In this document: piece after piece, positions 1 through 9,961 of the stretch
Layout of the letters: each line of letters opens with the position of its first letter
Numbering within the stretch: position 1 is the stretch's first letter
NCBI RefSeq assembly: GCF_045865695.1
Contig: NZ_BAACAP010000234.1
Coordinates: 1-64,000 of the forward strand
Source of the DNA: Scytonema sp. NUACC26
GTDB lineage: Bacteria > Cyanobacteriota > Cyanobacteriia > Cyanobacteriales > Nostocaceae
Direction of reading: 5' to 3'
DNA: 64,000 bases
Notes under the pieces: model-generated
What the model was told of the DNA's origin: nothing
What the model saw: the letters and a program-made list of their open reading frames with translations, nothing else
The model's database searches: none
Program-made: the position numbers and the translations under genes

Positions 1-165
1 CCCTATCTCAAGCGCGGAGACGCTTCGCGAACCAGTGACCAGTTAACAATAATGAATCAATTTCTTTTTTTATAGATAAATTCCGAGACTTGTACCGTAT
101 AAATAACTGCATAATTATTACTGGTCACTGGTTCGCGAAGCGTCTCCGCGCTTGAGATAGGGTCA
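1..165. repeat. Perfect ~42-bp inverted repeat (1-45 / 121-165) flanking an 75-bp AT-rich spacer. Likely MITE-like or long hairpin element, possibly truncated at the window edge.
   Basis: ccctatctcaagcgcggagacgcttcgcgaaccagtgaccag at 1-42 is the exact reverse complement of 124-165. A related copy of the core gagcgtctccg..ttgagatag lies at 55256-55325. An STRR heptamer follows at 166-190. Confidence 0.6.
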
Positions 166-305
166 CTGATTACTGGTCACTGATTTGCCTTTGTTGCGAA
201 AGAATAGAAGGGTTTTGCTAAAGATTTTCTATTGTGGACTAGTCTGTAATGTGTAAATTTATATACTTATTACTTATTGTTTTTTTCCAAGTCTCTTGAA
301 CAGCC

Positions 306-1778
306 TTGGAGTTTGACAAAAATCGCATACAGACTATGAAAATCTCCCGTAAAACTATCAGATCGTTCATTCTTGCTGGATTGGTTGCAGTTACAATTGT
401 ATTTGGAACCCCAGCAATTTCCTATAATGCTGAGCCTCACAAGCACGAGCAAGCAAGTACTAATACCAAACTAGCAGCACTCGATATTAATCGTAATAGT
501 TCTGCTAGCAAATATTCCGATAGTCTTCGTCTTGCTCGCCAACAGGTGGTGACTGCAAAAGTGAGAAAGAACGTTGTTGATTTGACTCCAGAAGAGAAAC
601 ATGCATTTGTAAAGGCTCTGCAAAAACTCAAGCATACCTTTTCAGAAGGTAGTCAGATAAGTATATACGACCAATTTGTTGCAGTGCATGTCGCAGCGAT
701 GGGCTTAATGTTTGATGGCGCACAAGGTCCGGCAGCTGGACATGATGGTGCTCATGAAAGCGACCTCTTCTTACCTTGGCATCGTGAGTTTATACACAGA
801 TTTGAACAAGCATTGCAATCAGTAGACCCCAACGTCACCCTTCCTTACTGGGATTGGACAGATGCTCGAGCATTATCAGTTATCTTTCAAGATGACTTTA
901 TCGGACCAAATGGTCAAGGAGTCACCATTAGCATACCCTTAGATTTAGGCAATGCTCAAGGAGGTTCACCTTCATCTTCAAACGATGCTCCAAACGGTGC
1001 TCCAAATGGTGCTCCAAATGGTGCCATACCACCGAACAGTTCAGATGAAGGTTCTGGTGCTCCAAATTTGGTAGAGGTTCAAGGGGGACCAGTTTTATCC
1101 GGACCTTTCTCATTAGCAAACGGATGGGTTTTAAATCCAAACTTGCACTTTAAGCCATCAGGGGAAACATTAGGCAACACAGTCTTACGGTTTTTGCAAG
1201 TGCCTCCCACAAATAATTATCCCGTTCCCAAAGAAGATGTCGAGCAACTCTTCCCCATTAACGATTATCCAACTTTTCGCCTAGCTTTAGAAGGTTTTAT
1301 CAAACCAAGCTCTACAGGACAACCAACACGAGGAGTTTTTCAACATAACTATTTCCATAGCTTTGTTGGTGGAGCTACGTTTGACCCAACGGTAGGTCGT
1401 CCCGAACCTTTAGGTACAATGGCTGACCTTGCTGCTTCTATCAACGATCCCGTATTTTGGCTGATTCATTCCAATGTCGATCGCCTTTGGGCTGAGTGGC
1501 AAGAAAAAGGTCATGCTGGTAGTGCTTATTATCCTGCTTCTGGTAACAGATATGGAGAGAACCTCAACGACCGATTATGGCCTTGGGATGGAGGTGAATC
1601 CACTCCTGCAAACTGGGGTCCTGGAGATTTATTATCTCTACTGCCTGCTTTCTCTTCAAATGATATTGTTACACCTGCCGATACTTTGAATTACAAAAAG
1701 TATGGTTATACTTATGACACTCTGAAAGTTTCATCTCGCCCACATAAAAGTGGAGTAAAGAAAGTAGCAAGTCTTTGA
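306..1778 (+). CDS. Tyrosinase / polyphenol oxidase (type-3 copper protein) with N-terminal signal or membrane anchor. An internal NDAPNGAPNGAPNGA low-complexity repeat lies at 981-1025. The true start is possibly the ATG at 336 (MKISRK...).
   Basis: CuA motif HDGAHESDLFLPWHREFIHRFE...PYWDWT and CuB motif FWLIHSNVDRLWAEWQ are both present. Hydrophobic N-terminus ILAGLVAVTIVFG. Confidence 0.9.
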   Translation: MEFDKNRIQTMKISRKTIRSFILAGLVAVTIVFGTPAISYNAEPHKHEQASTNTKLAALDINRNSSASKYSDSLRLARQQVVTAKVRKNVVDLTPEEKHAFVKALQKLKHTFSEGSQISIYDQFVAVHVAAMGLMFDGAQGPAAGHDGAHESDLFLPWHREFIHRFEQALQSVDPNVTLPYWDWTDARALSVIFQDDFIGPNGQGVTISIPLDLGNAQGGSPSSSNDAPNGAPNGAPNGAIPPNSSDEGSGAPNLVEVQGGPVLSGPFSLANGWVLNPNLHFKPSGETLGNTVLRFLQVPPTNNYPVPKEDVEQLFPINDYPTFRLALEGFIKPSSTGQPTRGVFQHNYFHSFVGGATFDPTVGRPEPLGTMADLAASINDPVFWLIHSNVDRLWAEWQEKGHAGSAYYPASGNRYGENLNDRLWPWDGGESTPANWGPGDLLSLLPAFSSNDIVTPADTLNYKKYGYTYDTLKVSSRPHKSGVKKVASL

Positions 1779-1821
1779 GAACTCATAGGACTTTCCGTCT
1801 GTCGATCCGGTGGCTCTGCCT

Positions 1822-1975
1822 TGCTCGTTCCCAGGCTCAGCCTGGGAATGCATATTAGGAGGCGGAGCCTCCACAAAAGCAGTTTACTGATACTATAACC
1901 ATAAAACAAAATAATTTAACAAGATCGAGGCAGAGCCTCGAAGTACTCATTCCCAGGCTCAGCCTGGGAACGAGA
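1822..1975. terminator. Pair of palindromic hairpins (ttcccaggctcagcctgggaa, two copies) between convergent genes. Likely bidirectional terminator or repeat element.
   Basis: Identical palindromes at 1831-1851 and 1950-1970, plus a ggaggcggagcctcc palindrome at 1858-1872. Located between the tyrosinase stop and the minus-strand caspase-family gene stop. Confidence 0.45.
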
Positions 1976-1992
1976 AGTACTGGTCATACATT

Positions 1993-4191
1993 TCACACTA
2001 CTTGATAGATGAAACTTAAACTTGCCCATTGATTCACATCCAATACATAAGAATCAGAGGCTGTACCATTCATGTCCCTAACTGCACTAGCATTGTGTAA
2101 ATCTTGAAGCACAGCTTGTGCAACTTCTAGAGGATTCATCACAACTTGAATGTGCTGCTGTTCTGCTTTTGGGTTTTTAGCAGTTTCCAGAGCAGCCAGA
2201 GTTTGAGTAAAGGGCGCTGTGCTAAAAATAAGTTGGGTTTCAGCTAAAGAAGCTGGTGCTTGTACAACCCATTCAAAACCGGATGTTGTTTGCGGGAAAA
2301 CACGGATTTCTCCTGGCGGAATTACTAAATTGACAAGCTGTGATTGACTTTCCGAGTTTTCGGTTTCAGTTATTTTATACCAAGGAAATAACGCGATCGC
2401 TGTTTTACTGCTATTTAATCCCAACAACATTAAATATACAGGGCGATCGCTTGTATTTTCTATCCGATACTGTATCCGGTTACCAATGGTGACAGTAGGT
2501 ATATCCCCAGTTTCGGGGCTAAATGTCTTTTTACTCGATGCATCTGGACTTTGAGTTCGCAATGTTTCTCTTTGCATTAAAGTTCGCGGTGCTAGAGTCC
2601 CAAGCATCTCTAATGTTGCTTTCACACCCAATAGCGATGAACCCTCATTTGCTGTCAGTCGCCAGAGTTTTGCTGCTAGCAAGGTTTGTAGTTTTGGCAC
2701 TAAGCGGAGGGCTGCTACTTTTACAGCTTCTCCTGCTTCCCCAAAGGTACTGGGGGTATGTTCGCCACCTAAAGAAAATAAACCGTAACGGCTTGGAGAA
2801 ACCACTGTTGCATTTGTGATGGTCGATTCTTTACTCTTGGATTCTGGGAGTTTTCCAAACACCCAGTCAGCGAATTGTTCTCCTGCTACCGCAGTAGATA
2901 CGCGAGACACTGTTGAAAAGGCGCTTGTTGCATCTACTCTTTCTATTCTTTCTAGTTTGGTGTCAAGAGCAACTATTAAGCCCACATTTTTAGGTAACAC
3001 GCGCACTGCTTCTTGAATGAGTTTCCCTACTTGTGGTTCGCTCTCATTATTGACTATTTGCGCTTTTGCTGTTAAACCAGTGCGCGATCGCAATACCAGT
3101 TGAGAGTTTGCTATTGATGGAAGGAGAGTCAGGCGGGAATGAGATCCTAAATACTCCAATACGTTTAAAGGTATACCTCCCAACCACAGATGAAGAGTTT
3201 TCCCATCCTCCTCAATTCCCGTCACCACTCCGGACGCCCCCAAGTTTGAGTCTGGAAGAAAATGATTGGCAACAAATGCCCGTGCTTGTTGATTATTTTT
3301 ATCAATTTTATCAGCTATTATTGCAGGCTGCTGTTTAGTACTACCTATTTGCTGTAAAGAACCTGCCACGTGAGATATACAAACTTGAACTGTTGTTGCT
3401 GGGGTCGTTTCCCAGAGATATTGAGTTAGGGCATATGTAAATAATCCCGCACTAAACCCTGATAATTGTATCTCTCGTGCTTGTTGTTTGGGTTGAGAGG
3501 TTGCTGTCAGTACAACACTAGGCGAGGAACTAGATGCTTTATCCTTTAATTGTTTTTGTAACTGAAGTTCCTCTGCTACCACAACAGCATCTACTAGAAC
3601 TGGACGACTCCGAGTTTTCAATCCTGTAGGTAACGATGTTTGGGGAACGTAGTAACTTGTATCCAAGACTGTTGTTGCGCGATGCGTAGGTAGCGATCGC
3701 ACCAATAACAGCAAAGTTTCCTCTAATAAATAGTTGACATTTTTATCATCTTGTGGATTTTTCTCTTTAACAGGAACTAGAGCGTTGTACAGAGTATCTT
3801 GGGAAGTCTCCAGTCCAACGCGACTGCCATAACCACTAAAATGAAACACAGCTGCATCATCGGGCTGAACTTGCTTAACAAAGTGTTCTGAAAAAGCCAG
3901 CTCGATATCTTCCCTAGTTGCTTGAGCGTCCGTCAAGCAAAGAATATCCGACGGTTGAAAACCAAAGCGGTGAATCAACAGTTCCTTGTGCAGTTCTACA
4001 TCTGTCAAACAACCTGCAAGCTGTGAAAGTTGTGGATACTGATTAATGCCTACCAATAACGCCAACTTGCGCGGTGTTGGTAGTGCCAAAGCTTGAGAAT
4101 AGCGGTTTCCCAAAGTCAACCACTCGTTGTCAGTGACACCCATTACCGCGAGTATAGAGCCAATCCTTTGTAAAAACTTCCGCCGCTTCAT
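1993..4191 (-). CDS. TAT-signal caspase-family (peptidase C14) domain protein with a long C-terminal beta-rich domain. The catalytic Cys appears substituted, making this a likely pseudo-protease.
   Basis: N-terminus MKRRKFLQRIGSILAVMGV is a twin-arginine motif. C14 fold signature LALLVGINQYP...FHFSGYGS retains the His. The expected D-x-C-x-SG position reads VLDTSYY with no Cys. Confidence 0.8.
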   Translation of the reverse strand: MKRRKFLQRIGSILAVMGVTDNEWLTLGNRYSQALALPTPRKLALLVGINQYPQLSQLAGCLTDVELHKELLIHRFGFQPSDILCLTDAQATREDIELAFSEHFVKQVQPDDAAVFHFSGYGSRVGLETSQDTLYNALVPVKEKNPQDDKNVNYLLEETLLLLVRSLPTHRATTVLDTSYYVPQTSLPTGLKTRSRPVLVDAVVVAEELQLQKQLKDKASSSSPSVVLTATSQPKQQAREIQLSGFSAGLFTYALTQYLWETTPATTVQVCISHVAGSLQQIGSTKQQPAIIADKIDKNNQQARAFVANHFLPDSNLGASGVVTGIEEDGKTLHLWLGGIPLNVLEYLGSHSRLTLLPSIANSQLVLRSRTGLTAKAQIVNNESEPQVGKLIQEAVRVLPKNVGLIVALDTKLERIERVDATSAFSTVSRVSTAVAGEQFADWVFGKLPESKSKESTITNATVVSPSRYGLFSLGGEHTPSTFGEAGEAVKVAALRLVPKLQTLLAAKLWRLTANEGSSLLGVKATLEMLGTLAPRTLMQRETLRTQSPDASSKKTFSPETGDIPTVTIGNRIQYRIENTSDRPVYLMLLGLNSSKTAIALFPWYKITETENSESQSQLVNLVIPPGEIRVFPQTTSGFEWVVQAPASLAETQLIFSTAPFTQTLAALETAKNPKAEQQHIQVVMNPLEVAQAVLQDLHNASAVRDMNGTASDSYVLDVNQWASLSFIYQVV

Positions 4192-4347
4192 AGTTAGCTA
4201 TCAGCCCTCAGTCCATCCGCCCTTATAGTTTGCCAGATGCTCGCACAAAAAAACTTTCTTTTTGCACTGGATTCACTATCAGCTTAAGGGCTGAGGTCTG
4301 TAGTGTAAAGTAAAAATTTATACTTTATTCTTTGTCCCGAATGTGCC

Positions 4348-5526
4348 TTAGACAGGTAGTGGCACTCGCATTGCTCTTGCCAACTCTGCAGCCACTTCTG
4401 GACGAGAAAATTCTGGTGGCGGTAACTCTCCGCGACGCAGCATTTCCCTCACTTTTGTTCCTGATAAGTGAATGCGTTCTTCAAGGCTACTTGGACTAGT
4501 TTTACTTGTCGCCATTTGCTGAGTGCGCGTGCAGTAGAAAGCGTGTTCAAACTTCATCGGTATAATGCCCAATTCTTCAGGTTGAAACTCATCAAAAATG
4601 TGTTGAGCATCATAAGTCCCATAGTAGTTTCCTACTCCTGCGTGATCCCGACCCACAATAAAATGAGTACAGCCATAGTTTTTGCGAATTAAGGCATGGA
4701 AAATTGCTTCCCTTGGGCCAGCATAACGCATTGCAGAGGGATTAATTGCCAAAATGACGCTGTTTTTGGTATAATATCTATCCAGTAAAATTTCATAGCA
4801 GCGCATCCGCACATCCGCCGGGATATCATCTTCTTTTGTTGCGCCTACTAAGGGGTGCAAAAATAAACCATCTACAGTTTCTAAAGCGCACTTTTGGATG
4901 TACTCGTGAGCGCGGTGGATGGGATTGCGAGTTTGGAAACCAACGATAGTTTTCCAACCCTTTTCCCTAAACATTTGGCGCGATACAATCGGATCGATTT
5001 GATAGATGGGAAATATTGGATGGGGGTCGCGTTGCAGCAACCACACATCTCCTGCAAGGTTTATCGCTCCCTGATTGTATAACACCTCTACGCCGGGATG
5101 CTTGGGATCGTTAGTACGGTAAACGTTAATCGCTTCGAGGCTCTTATCGTAGTGGTACTTCTGTGTGAGTTCTAAAACACCAATGTACTCACCTTCTGGA
5201 TTATCCAAACGAATTAATCCGCCTTCCTCCAACGATGCAGCAACAACTTCATCTACAGACAGCGTTACGGGAATTGACCAAACACTACCGTTAGCCAGTC
5301 GCATTTCTGTAACAACGCGATCGTAATCCTCCTGGTTCATAAAACCAGTGAGTGGACTAAAACCACCAATCGCGATCATTTGGAGATCGGAAACCGCTCG
5401 TTCATCCAGTTGCACTCGTGGTAGAAACTCAGCTTTCGAGAGAAATTCCTGCCTTTGTTCGGGTGTAGCGATACGATTCACCAACTGCCCGCCATGGGGC
5501 GCAATAGCGTCAAGATGATAACTCAA
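4348..5526 (-). CDS. sat: Sulfate adenylyltransferase (ATP sulfurylase).
   Basis: [13 protein letters not shown] and GRDHAGVG motifs, 392 aa, full-length ATP-sulfurylase architecture. Confidence 0.95.
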   Translation of the reverse strand: MSYHLDAIAPHGGQLVNRIATPEQRQEFLSKAEFLPRVQLDERAVSDLQMIAIGGFSPLTGFMNQEDYDRVVTEMRLANGSVWSIPVTLSVDEVVAASLEEGGLIRLDNPEGEYIGVLELTQKYHYDKSLEAINVYRTNDPKHPGVEVLYNQGAINLAGDVWLLQRDPHPIFPIYQIDPIVSRQMFREKGWKTIVGFQTRNPIHRAHEYIQKCALETVDGLFLHPLVGATKEDDIPADVRMRCYEILLDRYYTKNSVILAINPSAMRYAGPREAIFHALIRKNYGCTHFIVGRDHAGVGNYYGTYDAQHIFDEFQPEELGIIPMKFEHAFYCTRTQQMATSKTSPSSLEERIHLSGTKVREMLRRGELPPPEFSRPEVAAELARAMRVPLPV

Positions 5527-5599
5527 GGTTGTGCCTTCTGTGTAATAACTACAGTTTTTTTTAAGCTATCTAACTAAGTTACCAAATATTGAGCACTAG

Positions 5600-5672
5600 T
5601 TAAGTGTTAGTGGTTCGTGGTTAGTTGTTGTCACTGGTCAAGTCGTTACTGGTCAGGTGGTCAGGTGGTCAA
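5600..5672. repeat. STRR heptamer array (CACTGGT/CAGGTGGT variants).
   Basis: gtcactggtcaagtcgttactggtcaggtggtcaggtggtc tandem units downstream of sat. Confidence 0.8.
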
Positions 5673-6022
5673 AGCGTCATCCTCAAAATATTCCGCTTTT
5701 GTCGGATTATGCTGTAAGTCGTAGCGGAATTTACGAAGAAGATTAAAGCATGGCTTTTTTGATTGATACAAATATGGTTCTCCGTCTCGCACAGCTAGAA
5801 CATCCAATACGCTCTGATTCTTTAAATACTCTTACTACATTGAAAGCACGAGGAGAAGACTATTATTTAACATCATAAAACTTAATTGAATATTGGCGCA
5901 CTTGCACTCGTCCAATTGAAAAAAATGGTTTGGAAATGAATGTTTTTTTTGAAACATTGGACAAAGAAACAAGATCCCCAACTTCTTTAAGAAGTCAGGG
6001 ATCTAATTATAATCTTTACAAT

Positions 6023-7903
6023 TCACCCTTTTACACAAACAACTTGCTTAAGAGTTGCTACAACTTCAACTAAATCGGCTTGATTGTTCATCACCTCATC
6101 TATAGGTTTGTAAGCACCTGGAATTTCATCCAAAACACCTTCATCTTTACGACACTCTACACCTTTTGTTTGCTCAATTAAATCGTCAAGAGTATAAACA
6201 TTCTTTGCCTTATTTCGAGATAGCAAACGACCTGCACCATGAGAGCAAGAACAAAAACTATTGGCACAACCTTTGCCTTTAACAATGTAAGATTTTGCCC
6301 CCATTGAACCAGGGATAATGCCATAGTCGTCTTTTTCTGCACGCACTGCACCCTTACGAGTGACGTATACATCCTCGCCAAAATGCAGTTCTTTTTCAGC
6401 GTAATTGTGATGGCAATTGACCTCTAGTAAAGGTTTAATTGATTTACCACCTGCTAAATGTTTCTCAACGATGTGCTTGAAACGTGCCATCATTACCTCA
6501 CGGTTGACACGCGCATAGTCCTGCGCCCATTGCAAATCGTGCCAGTATGCTTGGAATTCTGGCGTACCAGCAATAAAATAGGCTAAATCTGGGTCTGGCA
6601 ATTTATTGTCTGCCATTTTTGCTAAATTTTTAGCAGTGTTGATATGGCATTGAGCAAGATTATTGCCAATATGACGCGAACCGGAATGCAACATCAGCCA
6701 AACTTGGTTCTCTGTATCGAGGCAAACTTCTAGAAAATGATTTCCAGATCCGAGAGAACCCATTTGTTTCATCGCTTTACTTTGTAAATCTTGCACCCCT
6801 GGATGCAAGTCCTTAAAGTCGCGCCAGCTTTGCCAGTTGGTAATAGTTTTTTCAACCTCTTTATTTTCGTTAAATCCAGTAGGAATTGCTGCTTCAATAT
6901 CCAAGCGGATTTTTTTCAGTTTTCCTTCTAGTTTGTCACCATTAAATGGTGTTTTTATCGCCATCATACCACAGTTGTGAACGAAGACACCCGCTTTCAA
7001 AGCAAAGTTGTGATATTCAGGTACTGTAAAGCAATAAACATCTTGTGTACAGTCTAAAGATAGAACAGCTACAACTTTGTGATTACACTGATGTTCTTTT
7101 TTTCGGTGATTGTGTAAACCAATTGGAGTTTTGATTTGTGCATTACAAATGTCACAGGTATAGTGCAAATCACCAGAACGATCGCGATCGCCCATGAATT
7201 TTAAATTCTCAGGTCGGTTATCTGATTCATTAAAGTTTTGATGATGAATAACTGTTCTTTGTCCTTCAAATCTAGGAACCTTTCCTAGCAAGCCCGATCT
7301 AGCAATAATCCAATGTGCTTTGTGCCATCTACCTGAGTAGGGCTGAGCGATTAAGGTATAACCATCTTTGTCAGTGGTTGAGTAGAACGGCATCAAAGAT
7401 GTTCCAGATTGAAGATGTTGTGCTTCCTCATAGTTTCCATCTCTAAGCATAAATTGGTGATCTGGAGTGCAGATAATTTCTTCACCATTGTCCAGAATGA
7501 CTTTTACAAGAGGAGCATTACGTCTAGTTAACCTTGCTTTTGCCTTAGCTGCTACGACTTTTCCAGTGGAGGTACAAGAGTAAACTATAAATTCTTCATT
7601 ACATTCAGCTAAATCTTTTATAGAATACAATTTACCATCGACTAAAGGAATAAGAGTATCACCTACAAAGCAGCCAATATCCACGCCGACAGCAGCTGGG
7701 ATAATTGCTTCTTTTGTGGCAATGACTGAACCAACTAAGGCTCCTTTACCTAAGTGAACGTCTGGCATTAATGCTACGTGTTTAAATACAAATGGCAGTG
7801 ATGCTACATTCTTTGCCATCTTGGTTTCTTCTGTTCCCAATGGGTGGTTTGCCCAAGACAGGACAGGTGATGGTGTGGAAAGTTCTAATTCTTCGTAGGG
7901 CAT
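6023..7903 (-). CDS. rtcB: RNA-splicing ligase RtcB interrupted by a 233-aa intein.
   Basis: RtcB motifs PDVHLGKGALVGSV, GSGNHFLE and SCSHGAGR. The conserved GVDIGCGMM site is split as GVDIGC|FVGDTLIPLVDG...FVHN|CGMMAIKT. Confidence 0.95.
   Translation of the reverse strand: MPYEELELSTPSPVLSWANHPLGTEETKMAKNVASLPFVFKHVALMPDVHLGKGALVGSVIATKEAIIPAAVGVDIGCFVGDTLIPLVDGKLYSIKDLAECNEEFIVYSCTSTGKVVAAKAKARLTRRNAPLVKVILDNGEEIICTPDHQFMLRDGNYEEAQHLQSGTSLMPFYSTTDKDGYTLIAQPYSGRWHKAHWIIARSGLLGKVPRFEGQRTVIHHQNFNESDNRPENLKFMGDRDRSGDLHYTCDICNAQIKTPIGLHNHRKKEHQCNHKVVAVLSLDCTQDVYCFTVPEYHNFALKAGVFVHNCGMMAIKTPFNGDKLEGKLKKIRLDIEAAIPTGFNENKEVEKTITNWQSWRDFKDLHPGVQDLQSKAMKQMGSLGSGNHFLEVCLDTENQVWLMLHSGSRHIGNNLAQCHINTAKNLAKMADNKLPDPDLAYFIAGTPEFQAYWHDLQWAQDYARVNREVMMARFKHIVEKHLAGGKSIKPLLEVNCHHNYAEKELHFGEDVYVTRKGAVRAEKDDYGIIPGSMGAKSYIVKGKGCANSFCSCSHGAGRLLSRNKAKNVYTLDDLIEQTKGVECRKDEGVLDEIPGAYKPIDEVMNNQADLVEVVATLKQVVCVKG
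6974..7672 (-). mobile_element. Intein with HNH homing-endonuclease domain inserted at the RtcB GCG active-site motif.
   Basis: Cys1 (CFVGDTLIP, block A), C-terminal VHN followed by +1 Cys, and HNH signature VIHHQNFNESDNRPENL plus C/H-rich HYTCDICN...HNHRKKEHQCNH. Coordinates derived by codon counting (aa 78-310). Confidence 0.8.
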
Positions 7904-8203
7904 AATTAAATTTTGGATGCGTGGATTTTAGATGCGTGGATGCGTGGATTAATTGGATTGGATACTTTTACACAAGCTAATTGCATGAATTTCACTAACC
8001 TTAATACTGCTTGGGTAAGCCATAAATTTCAAACCGCGTAGGTTGGGCTTACCGTGTGAGAAACCCAACTTTGTTCGTGCTTTGTTGGGTTTCGTTCCTC
8101 AACCCAACCTACCTGTTTACTATTTCTATTTGTAATATAATTGTAGTATAAGAAATTAGCGATGGCAAGCCTTTAAAGTTCGCCCACAACCAAGCACGAA
8201 AAT

Positions 8204-8236
8204 CCCTACTCCCTAACCCCTAACCCCTATTCCCTG
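8204..8236. repeat. CCCTAAC-type heptamer STRR.
   Basis: ccctactccctaacccctaacccctattccctg. A similar array lies at 33490-33520. Confidence 0.6.
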
Positions 8237-8263
8237 TAAATAATGTAACATTAGTTATAATAG

Positions 8264-9196
8264 GTGAAGAAAAATAAACAAACTTCTATGGCAGTTCGTC
8301 AAGATACTATCTGGGAACGCTTTTTATCCCCTGTGGTGCGTCTCCTCATTGATGAACAGGGATGGCGGCGATATGCAGAAAGTGTTGATTGGGAAAAAGA
8401 AAGCGATCGCTATCGACGTGCTGATGTAACGATTCCCACATACTACAGCAGTCAAAACTTTCACGGAATTAAGCGCGGGTATCTTAACTCTGGTGCAGCA
8501 GTAACCTATGACCCCATTACCCAATATGTTTTACCTCCTAACGAAACCATTGTCCGTCAAGCGTTAATTGATGCGATTCAGGTACAACCGCGAAGGATTT
8601 TAGATTTGGGTTGTGGAACGGGTTCGACTACTTTAATGTTAAAACAGGCATTCCCCCAAGCCGAAGTCATAGGTTTGGATTTATCGCCTTATATGCTTGT
8701 GAGGGCTTCGCACAAATCACAAAATGCTGGTTTGGATATTTCCTGGAGACATGGTGATGCTGAGAGAACTGGTTTTCCAGATGCTTCCTTTGATTTGGTA
8801 ACTGCCTCTTTATTATTCCACGAAACACCAACTGTCGTCTGTCAAGCAATTTTACACGAAGCCTTCCGGTTACTAGTATCTGGCGGACAAGTGTTGATTT
8901 TGGATGGCAATCAAAAAACTATTCGGCAATTGGATTGGCTGAACAATGTTTTTGAGGAGCCGTATATTGAGGAATATGCATCTGGAAGCGTTGATGCTTG
9001 GATGGGTGCTGCTGGATTTGGCTCCGTACAAACTCAGGATGTTTGGTGGATTAACCAAGTCACAAGCGGAATTAAGCCGATTGTGTCTGGCGCTCGCAGT
9101 GTTCAAAGAAATGCCATGCATTACACTCCAGGGGACACCACAGTAGATAATGGATTGCAGGGATTTCCATTACCAGCTTGTAGTATACTTCCATGA
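8264..9196 (+). CDS. Class I SAM-dependent methyltransferase.
   Basis: Motif I ILDLGCGTGSTT, motif post-I VIGLDLS, Rossmann-type layout. Confidence 0.8.
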   Translation: MKKNKQTSMAVRQDTIWERFLSPVVRLLIDEQGWRRYAESVDWEKESDRYRRADVTIPTYYSSQNFHGIKRGYLNSGAAVTYDPITQYVLPPNETIVRQALIDAIQVQPRRILDLGCGTGSTTLMLKQAFPQAEVIGLDLSPYMLVRASHKSQNAGLDISWRHGDAERTGFPDASFDLVTASLLFHETPTVVCQAILHEAFRLLVSGGQVLILDGNQKTIRQLDWLNNVFEEPYIEEYASGSVDAWMGAAGFGSVQTQDVWWINQVTSGIKPIVSGARSVQRNAMHYTPGDTTVDNGLQGFPLPACSILP

Positions 9197-9900
9197 GTCT
9201 AAAGGCGATTCTGTTTGACTTTAATGGTGTCATCATTAATGATGAATCCATTCACGAGCAACTTATAGAGCAACTTCTAATTGAAGAAAACCTAACGATA
9301 AAACCAGGTGAGTACCGCAAAGTTTGTTTGGGGCGTAGCGATCGCGCTTGCGTAAAAGAATTGCTAGCCAAACGAGGGCGAGTGGTGAGTGAGAACTATC
9401 TCACTCAGTTGCTTCACCGTAAAGCAGAAGGTTATGTTCGGGAGATAGAAAAAATTGAAAAATTACCTCTCTACCCTGGTTTAGAAGACTTACTCTTTCA
9501 AGCGCGTGCTCGTAATTTAAAAATAGGAATCGTCAGTGGCGCGATTCATAAAGAAATTGACCTCATACTCAATCGTGCCAACCTAGCTCAACATTTTAAC
9601 CCGATTGTTGCAGGTGACGATCTTCCCACCAGTAAACCAGACCCACACGGTTATTTGCTGGCGGTAAAACGCCTCAACCAGGAATATCCCGATTTAAACT
9701 TTGTACCAGAAGAGTGTTTAGCGATTGAAGATACCTTTGCTGGTATACAAGCGGCGAAACAAGCGGGAATGCAAGTGGTGGGAGTCGCGCATACTTACCC
9801 CTTCCATATGCTACAGCGCCAAGCTAACTGGACAATAGATTATCTGAGCGATTTAGAACTCGAACGAGTTCAGGAAGTTTACGAGCAGAAAAATGGTTAA
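9193..9900 (+). CDS. HAD-IA family hydrolase (beta-phosphoglucomutase-like). Overlaps the upstream methyltransferase by ATGA, so likely co-transcribed.
   Basis: AILFDFNGVII (DxDGV-type motif I), SGAIHKEID and GDDLPTSKPDP motifs. Confidence 0.8.
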   Translation: MSLKAILFDFNGVIINDESIHEQLIEQLLIEENLTIKPGEYRKVCLGRSDRACVKELLAKRGRVVSENYLTQLLHRKAEGYVREIEKIEKLPLYPGLEDLLFQARARNLKIGIVSGAIHKEIDLILNRANLAQHFNPIVAGDDLPTSKPDPHGYLLAVKRLNQEYPDLNFVPEECLAIEDTFAGIQAAKQAGMQVVGVAHTYPFHMLQRQANWTIDYLSDLELERVQEVYEQKNG

Positions 9901-9961
9901 CTCACTGTTGGTAGTGTTCTTGTAAATAAAGCAGGAGTGGTGCGATCGCTTCCGCAAACGC

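Noticed and set aside
270-631. Small minus-strand ORFs (60 and 64 aa) overlapping the tyrosinase 5' region.
   Set aside because: Antisense to a well-supported CDS and promoter region, with no motifs.
8204-8236. Telomere-like CCCTAAC repeats.
   Set aside because: Only about 4 units. This is consistent with the cyanobacterial STRR heptamer families seen throughout the window. There is no evidence of a linear replicon end.
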